Counted from the first letter of the stretch, positions 26,129 to 37,023 are shown. The stretch: 63,699 nucleotides of DNA from Lentisphaeria bacterium (GCA_017508555.1 JAFVYP010000141.1:1-63699); one strand, 5' to 3'. The notes: generated by a model not told the origin, from the sequence alone. Numbers and translations are program-made.

Positions 26129-28447
26129 ATGACACCGCAGGAGGCTTTGCGCAGCTACTTCGGCCATGACCGTTTTCTGGATTTTCAGGAAGAGATCGTC
26201 CAGCAGATCCTTTCAGGAGAGGACCTCGGGGTCATCATGCCCACAGGCGCAGGCAAATCCCTCTGTTACCAGCTTCCGGCAGTTCTCAAAAGCGGTTATA
26301 CCATTGTTGCCTCTCCGCTGATCGCCCTGATGAAAGATCAGGTGGATGCCCTGACAAACCGGGGGATCCCGGCAGCTTACATCAACAGTACAGTCAGTTT
26401 TCCGACCCAGCTGGAGATCATCCGGGCAGCAAGAAGCGGAGAGATCAAACTGCTTTATGTGGCCCCTGAACGTTTCCACACGGACGTTTTCAGAAACTTC
26501 CTTGCAGAAACCCCTCCTGACTTGCTGGTGGTGGACGAGGCCCACTGTATCAGCCAATGGGGACATGATTTCCGTCCAGCTTACCGCAGGATCGGAGAGG
26601 CCGCAGATCAATTCCACATTCCCCAGGTCTGCGCCTTCACCGCCACAGCCACCAGTGTTGTGCGCGATGATATCAAAAAACAGCTGCACCGTCCACAGAT
26701 GCGGATGCTCACCAAGGGATTCCGCAGAAACAACCTCTCTTTCAAAGTGATCGAGTGCCACGGCGATGCCGATAAGATCGCCGCGCTGCGCCGGTATATA
26801 GAAAAAAAAGAGACCACCATCATCTATGCGGCCACCCGTCAGGCCGTGGAGGATATTTCAGGCAAGCTGGAGGTGATCTCTTACCACGCAGGCATGAGCG
26901 ATGCCGAACGCAATCAGGCGCAGGAGCGTTTTATGACGGAAGAGGCTCCCGTCCTTGTGGCCACCAATGCTTTCGGCATGGGGATCAACCGTCCTGATGT
27001 ACGGAACGTCATCCACTACCAGCTGCCCGGCTCCCTGGAAGCCTACTACCAGGAGGCCGGACGCGCCGGACGTGACGGCAAACAGGCCAACTGCGTTCTG
27101 CTTTTCAGCTACGCAGACAGATATATCCAGAAATTTCTCATTGAATTGAGCAATCCTCCGCCGGACCTGATCCGCCGTCTCTATGCGCGGCTGCGGTCCA
27201 TGTCCCAGGCGCAGCAGAGCCGGGAGCTGGAAATCACACTGACCTCTCTCGAAGGCCCTCTATCTGCCAAATCCGGACAGATTTCTGCCGCCTTGAGCGT
27301 GCTGGAAAAAGCCGGTCTTGTCGCCCGTTCCAGTCACCGCAGTTCCGGCAGCATGCGTTTTCTCAAAGATCCGGACTCTCTGCGGATCATCCATCAGCAG
27401 GAAAGCACCCAGCGCTCCCGTTTCATCAGCCGCTGCGTGCTGCGCTACAAAGAGGCCCTGACCCGCAGTGAAGTCTATGCGCTGGATGAGCTGGCCGCCG
27501 CAAGCGGTCTTTCTGTGGAACAGGTCAGAAGAGTTCTCAACGCCCTCAACGGCGATGTGCTGGAGTGGACGCCCGCCTTTTCCGGCAGAGCGATCGAGCT
27601 GCTTGATCCGGAAAAAAAAGAGGTGGAGCTGGATGCAGAGGCTCTTTCCGAAAAACTGGAATACGAAATGACCCGTCTGGATGAGGTCATCAATTACGCT
27701 AAAAGCTCTGCCTGCCGCCAGAAAACCCTTGTGGCCTACTTTGGAGAAGATGTCACACACTGGAACTGCGGCTCCTGCGATATCTGCGAAAAAGAGAGCG
27801 CCAGAGCCGGCGCTCTCCACGAAGCCTCAGCAGAAGAACTGGGCCTGCTCCTGCCCATTCTGCGGGGCGCGGATTGTTTTGACAGCCGTATCGGCGCCTC
27901 CAAACTGGCAAAGATCCTGACAGGTTCCAGTGATGAGAGCGTGGAGCGTTTTCAATCCTCTCCCGTTTACGGACAGCTGAACACATTGAAAGAAAAAAAT
28001 GTTCTGGACGGCATCAAGATCCTTGAACGCAACGGTTACATCAAACGGATCGACCGCAACGGATATCCCTGTGTCGCCGTTTCCGGCAGCGGCAAAGCCG
28101 TCCTGAGAGGAACAGGCGCCCTGCTGACCGATGAATTTCTTTCACCGCAGACTTCACGCCCCTCCAGGAGCAGAAAAAGCGCCCCGGCCCGGCCCGTTCC
28201 GCCGCCGCCGGAAGTCCATGCGCCCACGGATCTGCGCGGCCTCGTTTACGAACTGCGCCGGAGGATCGCAGAGGAACGCAAAGTCCCCCTTTATGTCATT
28301 TTCAGCAATGATACCCTGGATGATCTGATCCGCATCCGCCCCAAAACGGCCGAAGAGGCCATGGCAAAAATCAAAGGGATCGGACCGGCCAAAGCGGCGA
28401 CATTCCTCCCCCCGTTTCTCTATCTGCTGGAAAACGTTCCGGAATAA
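26129..28447 (+). CDS. recQ: ATP-dependent DNA helicase RecQ
   Basis: MPTGAGKSLCYQLP, DEAHCISQWGHDFRPAY, Zn-binding CRQK..CGSCDIC and a C-terminal HRDC-like IKGIGPAKA. Confidence 0.93.
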   Translation: MTPQEALRSYFGHDRFLDFQEEIVQQILSGEDLGVIMPTGAGKSLCYQLPAVLKSGYTIVASPLIALMKDQVDALTNRGIPAAYINSTVSFPTQLEIIRAARSGEIKLLYVAPERFHTDVFRNFLAETPPDLLVVDEAHCISQWGHDFRPAYRRIGEAADQFHIPQVCAFTATATSVVRDDIKKQLHRPQMRMLTKGFRRNNLSFKVIECHGDADKIAALRRYIEKKETTIIYAATRQAVEDISGKLEVISYHAGMSDAERNQAQERFMTEEAPVLVATNAFGMGINRPDVRNVIHYQLPGSLEAYYQEAGRAGRDGKQANCVLLFSYADRYIQKFLIELSNPPPDLIRRLYARLRSMSQAQQSRELEITLTSLEGPLSAKSGQISAALSVLEKAGLVARSSHRSSGSMRFLKDPDSLRIIHQQESTQRSRFISRCVLRYKEALTRSEVYALDELAAASGLSVEQVRRVLNALNGDVLEWTPAFSGRAIELLDPEKKEVELDAEALSEKLEYEMTRLDEVINYAKSSACRQKTLVAYFGEDVTHWNCGSCDICEKESARAGALHEASAEELGLLLPILRGADCFDSRIGASKLAKILTGSSDESVERFQSSPVYGQLNTLKEKNVLDGIKILERNGYIKRIDRNGYPCVAVSGSGKAVLRGTGALLTDEFLSPQTSRPSRSRKSAPARPVPPPPEVHAPTDLRGLVYELRRRIAEERKVPLYVIFSNDTLDDLIRIRPKTAEEAMAKIKGIGPAKAATFLPPFLYLLENVPE

Positions 28448-28487
28448 AGAGATACCCCTCCCCGGACAACTGCCCGGGGAATCCGGA

Positions 28488-29774
28488 TCAGAAAACAGTC
28501 ATATCACGGACAGTACTCCACAAGGGGCTGCCCAGATCCAGTTTCTTGCGGGCGCTGGTGGCCAGCGCAATGGGAACATGGGTGAAGGCTCCGCTCCAGT
28601 GACCGATCATCATATCTGTCCTGCCGGACATGGCCGCATGGGCCGCTCCGTTGGCCAGCATGGAGCAGAAAACAGCATCCTCGCCCTCCGCCTTGACACT
28701 GCGGATGGTGTAACCGGGATCAAAATATTTGAGCGTCAGCGGAACATTGTGTTTCTTACAGTATTTGGTGATCTCATCTTTGAGCAGAAGTCCGATATCC
28801 TGATGCAGCTTGTTGCCGGAGGCATCCCGCTGATTGGACTGGGAGGCGAAAAGATCCTGTCCGGCCCCCTCTGCCACCAGAATAACAGCGTGATGCTTGG
28901 CCTCAAGACGCTTGACAAGATGCGGCAGAAGCGCCGTTTCACTATCCCCATCAAGGGTAAAGGGGCGCTCCGGCACAAGACAGTAGTTGACAAAGGGATT
29001 TGACAGTGTGGTATAAGCGGCAATAAATCCGGAATCCCGTCCCATGACTTTGATAAGTCCCACGCCGTTGTAGGCGCCTTTGGCCTCCGTATGGGCGCAG
29101 GTGACCACCGGTCCGGCGGCCAGAACCGCGCTGGAAAATCCGAAGGATTTGTCAATAAAACTGATATCATTGTCAATGGTTTTCGGAATGGCGATCACAC
29201 TGATTGCCAGACCTCTGCGCTTGATCTCCATAGCGATATCGTGGGCGCCGCGGCTCGTACCGTCTCCGCCGATGCAGAAAAGCATATTGATATTCATGCG
29301 GGCCAGGGTATCGACGATGATGCCCGTATCCTCCTCTCCCCGGGATGAGCCGAGGATCGTTCCGCCCTGCTCGTGGATGGCATCGACCATTTCAGGCGTC
29401 AGCATGATGGGCGAAAGACGGTTGACGGGATTAAGCCCCTTGTAACCGTACTGGATGCCGTAAACAACAGGCACCTTGTAACGGTTCATCAGCGTCAGCG
29501 TCAGAAATTTGACCACCTCATTGAGGCCGGGACAAAGTCCTCCCGCCGTCAGGATGGCGGCTTTGCTCCAGGCCGGATCATGGAAGATCTTCGCCCTGGC
29601 ACCGGCCCGTTCAAAAGAGGGAATGGGTTTGCCCTCTTTAATATAACGGGCAACCGTTTCTGCATCCGTATCGTAACAGACCCGGGCATCATCGTCCACA
29701 AAAACGTGATTGACAAGAGGCGAAGGCAAAGAAGCATTGCCCAGACGGCTTATGGCAAAATCAGCTAATTCCAT
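28488..29774 (-). CDS. pfkA: 6-phosphofructokinase (long PfkA-family form)
   Basis: TAGGLCPGLNEV and CIGGDGTSRGA motifs. The GGDG form suggests ATP dependence. ATG 29774 is preferred because GGAG lies 7 nt upstream. Confidence 0.85.
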   Translation of the reverse strand: MELADFAISRLGNASLPSPLVNHVFVDDDARVCYDTDAETVARYIKEGKPIPSFERAGARAKIFHDPAWSKAAILTAGGLCPGLNEVVKFLTLTLMNRYKVPVVYGIQYGYKGLNPVNRLSPIMLTPEMVDAIHEQGGTILGSSRGEEDTGIIVDTLARMNINMLFCIGGDGTSRGAHDIAMEIKRRGLAISVIAIPKTIDNDISFIDKSFGFSSAVLAAGPVVTCAHTEAKGAYNGVGLIKVMGRDSGFIAAYTTLSNPFVNYCLVPERPFTLDGDSETALLPHLVKRLEAKHHAVILVAEGAGQDLFASQSNQRDASGNKLHQDIGLLLKDEITKYCKKHNVPLTLKYFDPGYTIRSVKAEGEDAVFCSMLANGAAHAAMSGRTDMMIGHWSGAFTHVPIALATSARKKLDLGSPLWSTVRDMTVF

Positions 29775-29962
29775 GATAAAACTCCATTGGTTGACCATCT
29801 TTAATTTAACCTGAAAAAAAGATTATTCAAGAAAAAATGAAAAAAAGCACTAAAAATTCTCTGTTTTTCACAGAGAGTATTTTAATTTTCAAAGAGTAAT
29901 GCTATATTATAAAGATTATAGATTTTTTTAGAATTTTGAGTGCAAAAAAACGGGAGGTCATC

Positions 29963-31258
29963 ATGCCTGAAGAATACAATGTCACTATTATCGGATTTGG
30001 AACCGTTGGCGCGGGTGTTGCCGATATTCTGCTCAACAACAGCGAAGTCATCACACGCCGCAGCAATGTGAAACTCAACCTGAAACATATTGCCGATCTG
30101 GATATCACCACAGACCGCGGTATCAAGATCCCCGACGGCATCCTCACCACCAACACAGCTGAAGCCATCAAGGACGCCGATATCGTCGTTGAACTCGTCG
30201 GCGGAACGACTGTTGCCAAAAAATTCATCCTCGATGCCCTCAACAACGGCAAGGCCGTCGTCACAGCCAACAAGGCGCTGCTGGCACTCCACGGGGAAGA
30301 GCTTTTTGCCGCGGCGGAAAAATCTGATTCCGACCTCTGCTACGAGGCCAGCGTTGCCGGCGGTATCCCTATCATCAAGTCCCTGCGCGAAGGTTTGGCC
30401 GCCAACAGGATCCGCCGCATCTACGGCATCATGAACGGTACCTGCAACTACATCATCACCCGCATGGAACGGGAAAATGCCGATTTTGCCAGCGTTCTGG
30501 CCGATGCCCAGAAACTGGGTTACGCCGAAGCCAATCCCTCTCTGGATATCGACGGTTTCGATACCGCTCACAAAACAGCGATCCTGGGCTCCCTTGCCTT
30601 CGGCAAATGGTTCGGCCTTGATCCCGTCCACGTGGAAGGCATCCGCGATCTGGACAGCCGCGATATCGTCTATGCCCAGGAGATGGGCTACCGGATCAAG
30701 CTGCTGGGCGTCATCAAGAACGATGAGGGCAAAGTCCAGATGCGTGTTCATCCCACGCTGATCCCCAGAGACTCCCTTCTTGCCAATATCTCCGACGTCT
30801 TCAACGGCGTCATGGTCGAAGGCGACAACGTGGGCCAGACCCTCTTCTACGGCCGCGGAGCCGGACGCAGCGCCACTGCCAGTGCCGTGGTTGCCGATAT
30901 CATCGACGCTGCCCTCAACCTGAAAACCGGTGCCAAACGCCGTATTCCGGCCTTCCGTCCCGGAGCGCAGTTTGAACAGGTCCTTCCCATGAAGGACATC
31001 ACTTCAAGATATTATCTTCGTCTGGAAGTCAAGGATTGTCCCGGCGTCATCGCCTCCATCACCCAGATCCTGGCCGACAGAAACATCAGTATTTCCAGTC
31101 TGATCCAGCATGAGACCAAGACGGAGGCCCACTCTGTTTCTCTGGTCATCCTGACCCACCCGGCGCCGGAAAACCAGATGAACGCAGCTCTGGCAGAGAT
31201 CGGTGTTCTTTCCATCAACCAGTCGCCCGTCAAACTCATGCGCATTGAAGACCTCTAA
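29963..31258 (+). CDS. hom: Homoserine dehydrogenase
   Basis: VTIIGFGTVGAGV and a C-terminal ACT-like region. ATG 29963 follows GGGAGG; the ORF TTG at 29936 is rejected. Confidence 0.92.
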   Translation: MPEEYNVTIIGFGTVGAGVADILLNNSEVITRRSNVKLNLKHIADLDITTDRGIKIPDGILTTNTAEAIKDADIVVELVGGTTVAKKFILDALNNGKAVVTANKALLALHGEELFAAAEKSDSDLCYEASVAGGIPIIKSLREGLAANRIRRIYGIMNGTCNYIITRMERENADFASVLADAQKLGYAEANPSLDIDGFDTAHKTAILGSLAFGKWFGLDPVHVEGIRDLDSRDIVYAQEMGYRIKLLGVIKNDEGKVQMRVHPTLIPRDSLLANISDVFNGVMVEGDNVGQTLFYGRGAGRSATASAVVADIIDAALNLKTGAKRRIPAFRPGAQFEQVLPMKDITSRYYLRLEVKDCPGVIASITQILADRNISISSLIQHETKTEAHSVSLVILTHPAPENQMNAALAEIGVLSINQSPVKLMRIEDL

Positions 31259-31282
31259 TTCCGGAACAAGGAGTAAAACGAT

Positions 31283-32698
31283 ATGGGACAGCATACAGTC
31301 GAAAAAATCGGCGGAACCAGTATGAGCCGCTTCGATGAACTGATGAACAACATCATCATCGGCAAGCGCAAAGCAACAGAACTCTACAACCGCATTTTTG
31401 TCGTGTCCGCTTACGGCGGCATCACCAATCTTCTTCTTGAAAACAAAAAGACCGGCGCGCCCGGTATCTACGGAGCCTTTGCCTCCGGAGACAACGAAGC
31501 CTGGCAGGAAAAACTGGAAGCCACCCGTGCGGAAATGCTCGCCATCAACCGGGGATTTTCCAATCTGGGACTGGATGTGGACAAGGCTGATAAATTTGTC
31601 AACGAACGTATGGACGGCGCCAAATCCTGCCTGCTCCATCTTTCCAAACTGAGCAGTTTCGGACATTTCCAGAAGGAAAATTATCTTCCCGCCGCCCGTG
31701 AAATGCTCTCTTCCATCGGTGAGGCCCACAGTGCATTCAACTCCGTGAACATCCTGCACAAGCACGGTGTCAAGGCCGTTTTCGTCGATCTTTCCGGCTG
31801 GAGAGATCACGATACCGGCAGCATGGAGGACAACATCAGCCGCCACATGGAAGGTCTTGATTTTTCGACCTGCATGCCCATTGTCACCGGTTATGCCAAA
31901 TGCGCCGAAGGCGTCATGGCCCGGTTCGACAGAGGATACAGCGAGATCACGTTCAGCAAACTGGCCGTCGTCACCAAAGCTGCCGAAGGAGTCATCCACA
32001 AAGAGTATCACCTGTCCACGGGTGACCCCAAGCTCATCGGAGCAGACAAGGTGCGCATTATCGGCCACACCAACTTTGACATCGCCGATCAGCTTTCGGA
32101 TATGGCCATGGAAGCCATCCATCCCAAGGCCTCCAAAGCCATGGAGCTGCACAACATTCCCATCCGCGTCAAAAACGCTTTTGATCCGGAACACCCCGGA
32201 ACGCTTATCAGCCGCTCCTATGTCTCCCCCGAACCCCGGGTGGATATGATCTGCGGCAGACAGGATCTCATTGCCATTGAAGTCTTCGATCCTGAAATGG
32301 TTGGCGTCAGCGGTTACGACTACAAACTGATGACGAGTTTTGCGGATCACAAGGTGAGCTACATTGCCAAAAACACCAACGCCAACACGATCACCCATTA
32401 TGTTTCCACCCGTCAGAGCGGCCTCACGGCCTGCATCGAAGAACTGAAAACGGTCTTCCCCTCCGCCAAGATTTCCACTTGCGAAGTGGCCATCGTCTCG
32501 GTGCTGGGCTCCAACATGAAGCTGCCGGGATTTCTTTCCAGAGCGGCGGGCGCGCTGGCCAAAGCCGGTATCAACGTGCTGGCACTCGACCAGTGCATGC
32601 GTCAGGTCAACATGCAGTTCGTCATTGAGCGCAGCGCTTTTGCCGATGCGCAGATCGCACTGCATGCCGAATTCGTCGAAAGCGCCTCCGGTTTCTGA
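31283..32698 (+). CDS. Aspartate kinase
   Basis: VEKIGGTSM and VVSAYGGITN motifs, with tandem ACT-like C-terminus (VAIVSVLGSNM). Confidence 0.88.
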   Translation: MGQHTVEKIGGTSMSRFDELMNNIIIGKRKATELYNRIFVVSAYGGITNLLLENKKTGAPGIYGAFASGDNEAWQEKLEATRAEMLAINRGFSNLGLDVDKADKFVNERMDGAKSCLLHLSKLSSFGHFQKENYLPAAREMLSSIGEAHSAFNSVNILHKHGVKAVFVDLSGWRDHDTGSMEDNISRHMEGLDFSTCMPIVTGYAKCAEGVMARFDRGYSEITFSKLAVVTKAAEGVIHKEYHLSTGDPKLIGADKVRIIGHTNFDIADQLSDMAMEAIHPKASKAMELHNIPIRVKNAFDPEHPGTLISRSYVSPEPRVDMICGRQDLIAIEVFDPEMVGVSGYDYKLMTSFADHKVSYIAKNTNANTITHYVSTRQSGLTACIEELKTVFPSAKISTCEVAIVSVLGSNMKLPGFLSRAAGALAKAGINVLALDQCMRQVNMQFVIERSAFADAQIALHAEFVESASGF

Positions 32699-32719
32699 TA
32701 AACCCGGCGGAGTCCTTTT

Positions 32720-33523
32720 ATGAACGGATCAGTTCCCGGCGCCCTTTTGCTCACCACCCTTGCGGGCGGAGCCACCGTCATCGGAGCGGCGGCGGCCTTC
32801 ACCGCCAGACGGACCAACACGGCCCTCCTTTCGGCCGCGCTGGGTCTTTCCGGCGGTGTGATGGTCTATATCGCCTTTGTCTCCCTTCTGGCGGATGCCA
32901 ACGAAGCGCTGGGTGAGCTTCTGGGTAAAACGCCGGGACAGCTGATCGGCATGGCCGCCTTTTTCGGCGGTATGCTCATTGCGGCATTGATCGACAAAAT
33001 GGTCCCGGAGACCATCAATCCCCACCAGACCCGCCGCATTGAAGAGCTGGAAAAGGAAAATCTTCCGGCAGATCTGGGCCGCATGAGTTTCATCACAGCT
33101 CTGGCCATGGTCCTGCACAAGTTTCCGGAAGGGATCGCGGTCTTTGCCTCCGGTATCCAGAGCGCAGAACTGGGTATTCCCGTAGCGCTGGCCATGGCGT
33201 TGCACAACATTCCCGAAGGCATTGCTGTCTCTGTGCCTGTTTATTATGCAACAGGCAGCAGAAAAAAGGCCTTTCTCATCGCCTCTCTGACAGGTCTTGC
33301 CGACCCGGCGGGAGCGATCCTGGGCTGGCTGCTGCTGATGCCGCTTATCAAAAGTATTCCGGCAACGCTGCCGGTGATCCACGGAGCTGTGGCAGGGATC
33401 ATGGTTTTCGTCACCTTTGACGGCCTGCTCCCCATGGCGCAGAAGTTCGGGCGTCCCCATCTGACGCTGTACGGGATCATATCGGGTATGTTTCTGATGG
33501 CCCTTGCCCTTGCTTTTCTTTGA
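32720..33523 (+). CDS. zupT: ZIP-family zinc transporter ZupT
   Basis: HKFPEGIAV and HNIPEGIAV metal-binding TM motifs. Confidence 0.88.
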   Translation: MNGSVPGALLLTTLAGGATVIGAAAAFTARRTNTALLSAALGLSGGVMVYIAFVSLLADANEALGELLGKTPGQLIGMAAFFGGMLIAALIDKMVPETINPHQTRRIEELEKENLPADLGRMSFITALAMVLHKFPEGIAVFASGIQSAELGIPVALAMALHNIPEGIAVSVPVYYATGSRKKAFLIASLTGLADPAGAILGWLLLMPLIKSIPATLPVIHGAVAGIMVFVTFDGLLPMAQKFGRPHLTLYGIISGMFLMALALAFL

Positions 33524-33571
33524 TATCAATATATATATATTATTATGGTATAACAACGGAGTATCTTGAAA

Positions 33572-35311
33572 ATGATGAAAATGAGTAAAATGGTCGGACG
33601 CCGCCTCAAGGAGGTTCCGAAGGATGCCAAGACCGACAGTCATAAATTTCTGATCCGGGGCGGTTATATCCGTCCTGTTTCCGCCGGTATCTACGATCTG
33701 CTGCCCGCCGGAAAGCGCATCGTGGAAAAGATCGAGCGCATCATCCGTGAAGAGATGAACCGCATTGAAGGTCAGGAGATCCTCATGCCCGTTGTCCTGC
33801 CCGCTGAGCTGTGGGAGGAATCCGGACGTTACGGCGTCGTCGGCGCGGAGCTGCTGCGTTTTTCCGACCGCAACGACAAGCCCATGCTGCTGGCCATGAC
33901 CCACGAAGAGTGCGTCACCGCCCTCGTCCGCACGGAGGTCAACAGTTACAAGCAGCTGCCGGTGATGCTCTATCAGATCCAGACCAAATACCGGGACGAA
34001 GCCCGTCCCCGTGCCGGTTTGATCCGTACAAGAGAATTCACCATGAAGGATGCTTACAGCTTCCACACCGATCAGGCCGATCTTGAAAAATACTATGTCC
34101 GCGCCCACGAAGCCTATGAGCGCATCTTCAAACGCATCGGTTTGAACAATGTGCTGAGCATCGAATCCAACTCCGGCATGATGGGTGGAAAAGTCTCCCA
34201 CGAGTTCATGGCCGTCTGCGATTGCGGAGAAGATACGCTTTTCGTCTCTCCCGACAAGAGCTACCGGGCCAACAGAGAGATCGCCACTGCCGCCTGGAAG
34301 TTTGAAAAACAGCCCGCCCTCCCCCTGGAAAAAGTAGCCACCCCCGGATGCAAGACCATTGAAGAGGTCGCCACGTTCCTGGGTGTGGAAGCCAAAGATA
34401 CCGGCAAAGCGGTTTTCTACTGCGATGCTGCGACGGGAGAGCTGATCTTCGCCATGATCCGCGGAGATTTTGAAGTCAACGAAAGCAAGCTGAGCAATCT
34501 GCTGAAGGTGAGCGAACTGAAATTTGCCGATGACCGTTCCATCCTCGATGCGGGTGCGGTCCCCGGCTATGCCAGTCCCATCGGCATCAAGGGCAAAAAG
34601 GTCAAAGTCGTCCTCGACCGTTCCGCGCTGGAAAGCTCCAATCTGGTCGTCGGCGCCAACGACGACGGCTATCACTATAAAAACTTCAACGCCGACCGGG
34701 ATCTGGAAGGCGTGGAATATATCGTGGCCGATATCGCCACAGTCCGTGCCGGAGATCCCTGCCCCAAGACCGGAGCCCCCCTTGAGATGCTCCGGGGCAT
34801 CGAAGTCGGCAACATCTTCCAGCTGGGAACGAAATATTCCGCCAGCATGGGATGCAATTATCTTGACCAGAACGGCAAAAGCGCTCCCATGGTCATGGGC
34901 TGCTACGGTATCGGCGTCGGCCGTGCCATGGCCTCTGTGGTGGAGTATTCCCATGACGATTACGGTCCCGTCTGGCCCATGTCCATTGCGCCGTGGCAGG
35001 TCCAGGTCTGCGCCCTCAACCCCAACAAACCCGGTGTGGCTGAAACCGCAGAAGCCATCGCTGCCGAACTGGAAAAACTGGGCGTGGAAGTCCTCTACGA
35101 TGACCGTGGCGAAAAGGCCGGTTTCATGTTCAGCGACGCCGATCTGCTGGGGATCCCCCTGCGGGTCGTCGTCTCCCCCAAGACCCTGGAGGCCGGACAG
35201 GTGGAGTTCAAACGCCGGAACTGCCGCGATGCCGAACTGTTGGCCGTGGCCGATACCGCCAAAATCGTGGCTCAGAAGGTCAAAGAAGAACTGGCCGTGT
35301 TTGATATTTGA
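33572..35311 (+). CDS. proS: Proline--tRNA ligase (bacterial type with editing insertion)
   Basis: Class II motifs (REFTMKDAYSF, GCYGIGVGR). Start choice among clustered ATGs at 33572-33590 is uncertain. Confidence 0.93.
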   Translation: MMKMSKMVGRRLKEVPKDAKTDSHKFLIRGGYIRPVSAGIYDLLPAGKRIVEKIERIIREEMNRIEGQEILMPVVLPAELWEESGRYGVVGAELLRFSDRNDKPMLLAMTHEECVTALVRTEVNSYKQLPVMLYQIQTKYRDEARPRAGLIRTREFTMKDAYSFHTDQADLEKYYVRAHEAYERIFKRIGLNNVLSIESNSGMMGGKVSHEFMAVCDCGEDTLFVSPDKSYRANREIATAAWKFEKQPALPLEKVATPGCKTIEEVATFLGVEAKDTGKAVFYCDAATGELIFAMIRGDFEVNESKLSNLLKVSELKFADDRSILDAGAVPGYASPIGIKGKKVKVVLDRSALESSNLVVGANDDGYHYKNFNADRDLEGVEYIVADIATVRAGDPCPKTGAPLEMLRGIEVGNIFQLGTKYSASMGCNYLDQNGKSAPMVMGCYGIGVGRAMASVVEYSHDDYGPVWPMSIAPWQVQVCALNPNKPGVAETAEAIAAELEKLGVEVLYDDRGEKAGFMFSDADLLGIPLRVVVSPKTLEAGQVEFKRRNCRDAELLAVADTAKIVAQKVKEELAVFDI

Positions 35312-35323
35312 GGAAAATACATC

Positions 35324-35914
35324 ATGTGGAAATATACAGATAAAGTAATGGACCACTTCATGAATCCCCGGAACGTGGGCGAAGTGGAAAATCCCGACGG
35401 CGTGGGAGAAGTGGGCAATGCCGCCTGCGGTGATGCGCTCAAACTGACCTTCAAGCTGGATGAAAACGGCAAGATCGCCGATGTCAAGTTCCGTACTTTC
35501 GGCTGCGCCAGCGCCATCGCCTCCAGCTCCGCCCTGACGGAGATCGTCAAGGGCATGACCATCGAAGAGGCTGAAAAAGTCACCAACCAGGATATCGTTT
35601 ATGTGCTGGGCGACCTGCCCGAAGCCAAGAAACACTGTTCCGTTATGGGCATGGAGGCCCTTCAGGCCGCTATCGCCAAATACAAAGGCATCGAAAATCC
35701 TCTGGCCGGCGATGACGACCACGAAGGACGCCTGATCTGCAACTGTTTCGGCATCACGGATATCAAGATCCTCAAAATAGCCAGAGAGAACGATCTTCAT
35801 CAGGCTGAAGAGGTCACCAACTACTGCAAGGCCGGCGGCGCCTGCGGCGCCTGTCTGGAGGATATCCAGCGCCTTCTCGATGATATGTGGAAATTCAGGG
35901 CTGCACAAAAATGA
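35324..35914 (+). CDS. nifU: NifU-like Fe-S scaffold (IscU-type domain plus BFD-like [2Fe-2S] domain)
   Basis: GNAACGDALKL, FGCASAIASS and KKHCSV, then CNCFGITD...CKAGGACGAC. Confidence 0.88.
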   Translation: MWKYTDKVMDHFMNPRNVGEVENPDGVGEVGNAACGDALKLTFKLDENGKIADVKFRTFGCASAIASSSALTEIVKGMTIEEAEKVTNQDIVYVLGDLPEAKKHCSVMGMEALQAAIAKYKGIENPLAGDDDHEGRLICNCFGITDIKILKIARENDLHQAEEVTNYCKAGGACGACLEDIQRLLDDMWKFRAAQK

Positions 35915-37011
35915 TGACAATAGACGAACTCCAAAACGGTGCAAAAGAGCTGGCCGGACGGATCGCTCATCTGCACGGGTTTCTTAAAATTGACGACCGG
36001 ACAGAAGAACTGGCCTCTCTTGAAGCCAGGATGTCCGCGCCTGATTTCTGGAATGACAAGGAGTCCGCGCAGACCACAGTTGCAGCACTTTCCAGCTGCC
36101 GCAACGTGCTGGAACCCTTCCGTAAACTGGAAAGCGCCATCGAGGACTACTCCACCATGCTGGAACTGGCCGCAGAAGACGGGGATTTTCTCGCCGAAGC
36201 CGACAGCGCCTACACGCAGCTGCAGAAGGATATGGACAAACTGGAGATCGTCAGTTTCCTTTCCGGCCGTTTCGACCGCAACAACTTCTATTTTTCCATC
36301 CACGCCGGAGCCGGCGGCACCGAGTCCTGCGACTGGGCCAGCATGCTCCTGCGTATGTACCGAATGTTCTTTGAGCGCCGCGGCTGGAAAGATGAGATCA
36401 TCGACATGCAGCCCGGTGAAGAGGCCGGCGTCAAAAGCGCCACGCTGCATGTCATGGGTGATTTCAGCTACGGTTACTTCAAAGGTGAAAGCGGCGTCCA
36501 CCGTCTGGTGCGCATATCCCCCTTTGACAGCAATGCCAGACGCCACACAAGTTTCTGCTCTGTGGAGGTCTTTCCGGAGCTGGATGACGATATTGATATC
36601 GAAGTGGCAGAGTGTGATCTGCGCATTGACACCTACCGGGCCAGCGGTGCCGGTGGTCAGCACGTGAACACCACTGACAGTGCCGTTCGTATCACCCACA
36701 TCCCCACAGGGATCGTGGTCTGCTGCCAGAATGAACGCTCCCAGCACAAAAACAAGGCAACCGCGATGAAGATGCTGAAAGCCAAACTCTATGAACAGGA
36801 AATGGCCAAACGCAAAGACGCCGCCGATGCCGCCCGCGGAGAACAGCTGGAAAACGGCTGGGGCAGTCAGATCCGCAGTTATGTTCTTCAGCCCTACCAG
36901 ATGGTCAAAGACCTGCGCACAGGCCTTGAAACCAGCGATACCGGCGGCGTGCTGGACGGCAAACTCGATGCCTTTATCGAAGCCTTCCTCAAGCAGCAGA
37001 AGAAAAAATAA
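35911..37011 (+). CDS. prfB: Peptide chain release factor 2, single uninterrupted frame
   Basis: SPF tripeptide and GGQHVN motif. ATG 35911 overlaps the nifU TGA (ATGA). Confidence 0.93.
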   Translation: MMTIDELQNGAKELAGRIAHLHGFLKIDDRTEELASLEARMSAPDFWNDKESAQTTVAALSSCRNVLEPFRKLESAIEDYSTMLELAAEDGDFLAEADSAYTQLQKDMDKLEIVSFLSGRFDRNNFYFSIHAGAGGTESCDWASMLLRMYRMFFERRGWKDEIIDMQPGEEAGVKSATLHVMGDFSYGYFKGESGVHRLVRISPFDSNARRHTSFCSVEVFPELDDDIDIEVAECDLRIDTYRASGAGGQHVNTTDSAVRITHIPTGIVVCCQNERSQHKNKATAMKMLKAKLYEQEMAKRKDAADAARGEQLENGWGSQIRSYVLQPYQMVKDLRTGLETSDTGGVLDGKLDAFIEAFLKQQKKK

Positions 37012-37023
37012 GAGGTCCGTATC

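Noticed and set aside
33529-33540. (AT)6 microsatellite just upstream of proS as a possible phase-variation tract
   Set aside because: It is too short, and it sits where a -10 / A/T-rich promoter element is expected. There is no evidence of variability from a single sequence.
32729-35944. 1071-aa ORF on the minus strand, the longest in the track
   Set aside because: It is antisense to zupT, proS and nifU, all of which have unmistakable family motifs on the plus strand. Its translation is a low-complexity G/D/H/V/F-rich string with no recognisable motif. This is the typical stop-free shadow frame of GC3-rich genes.
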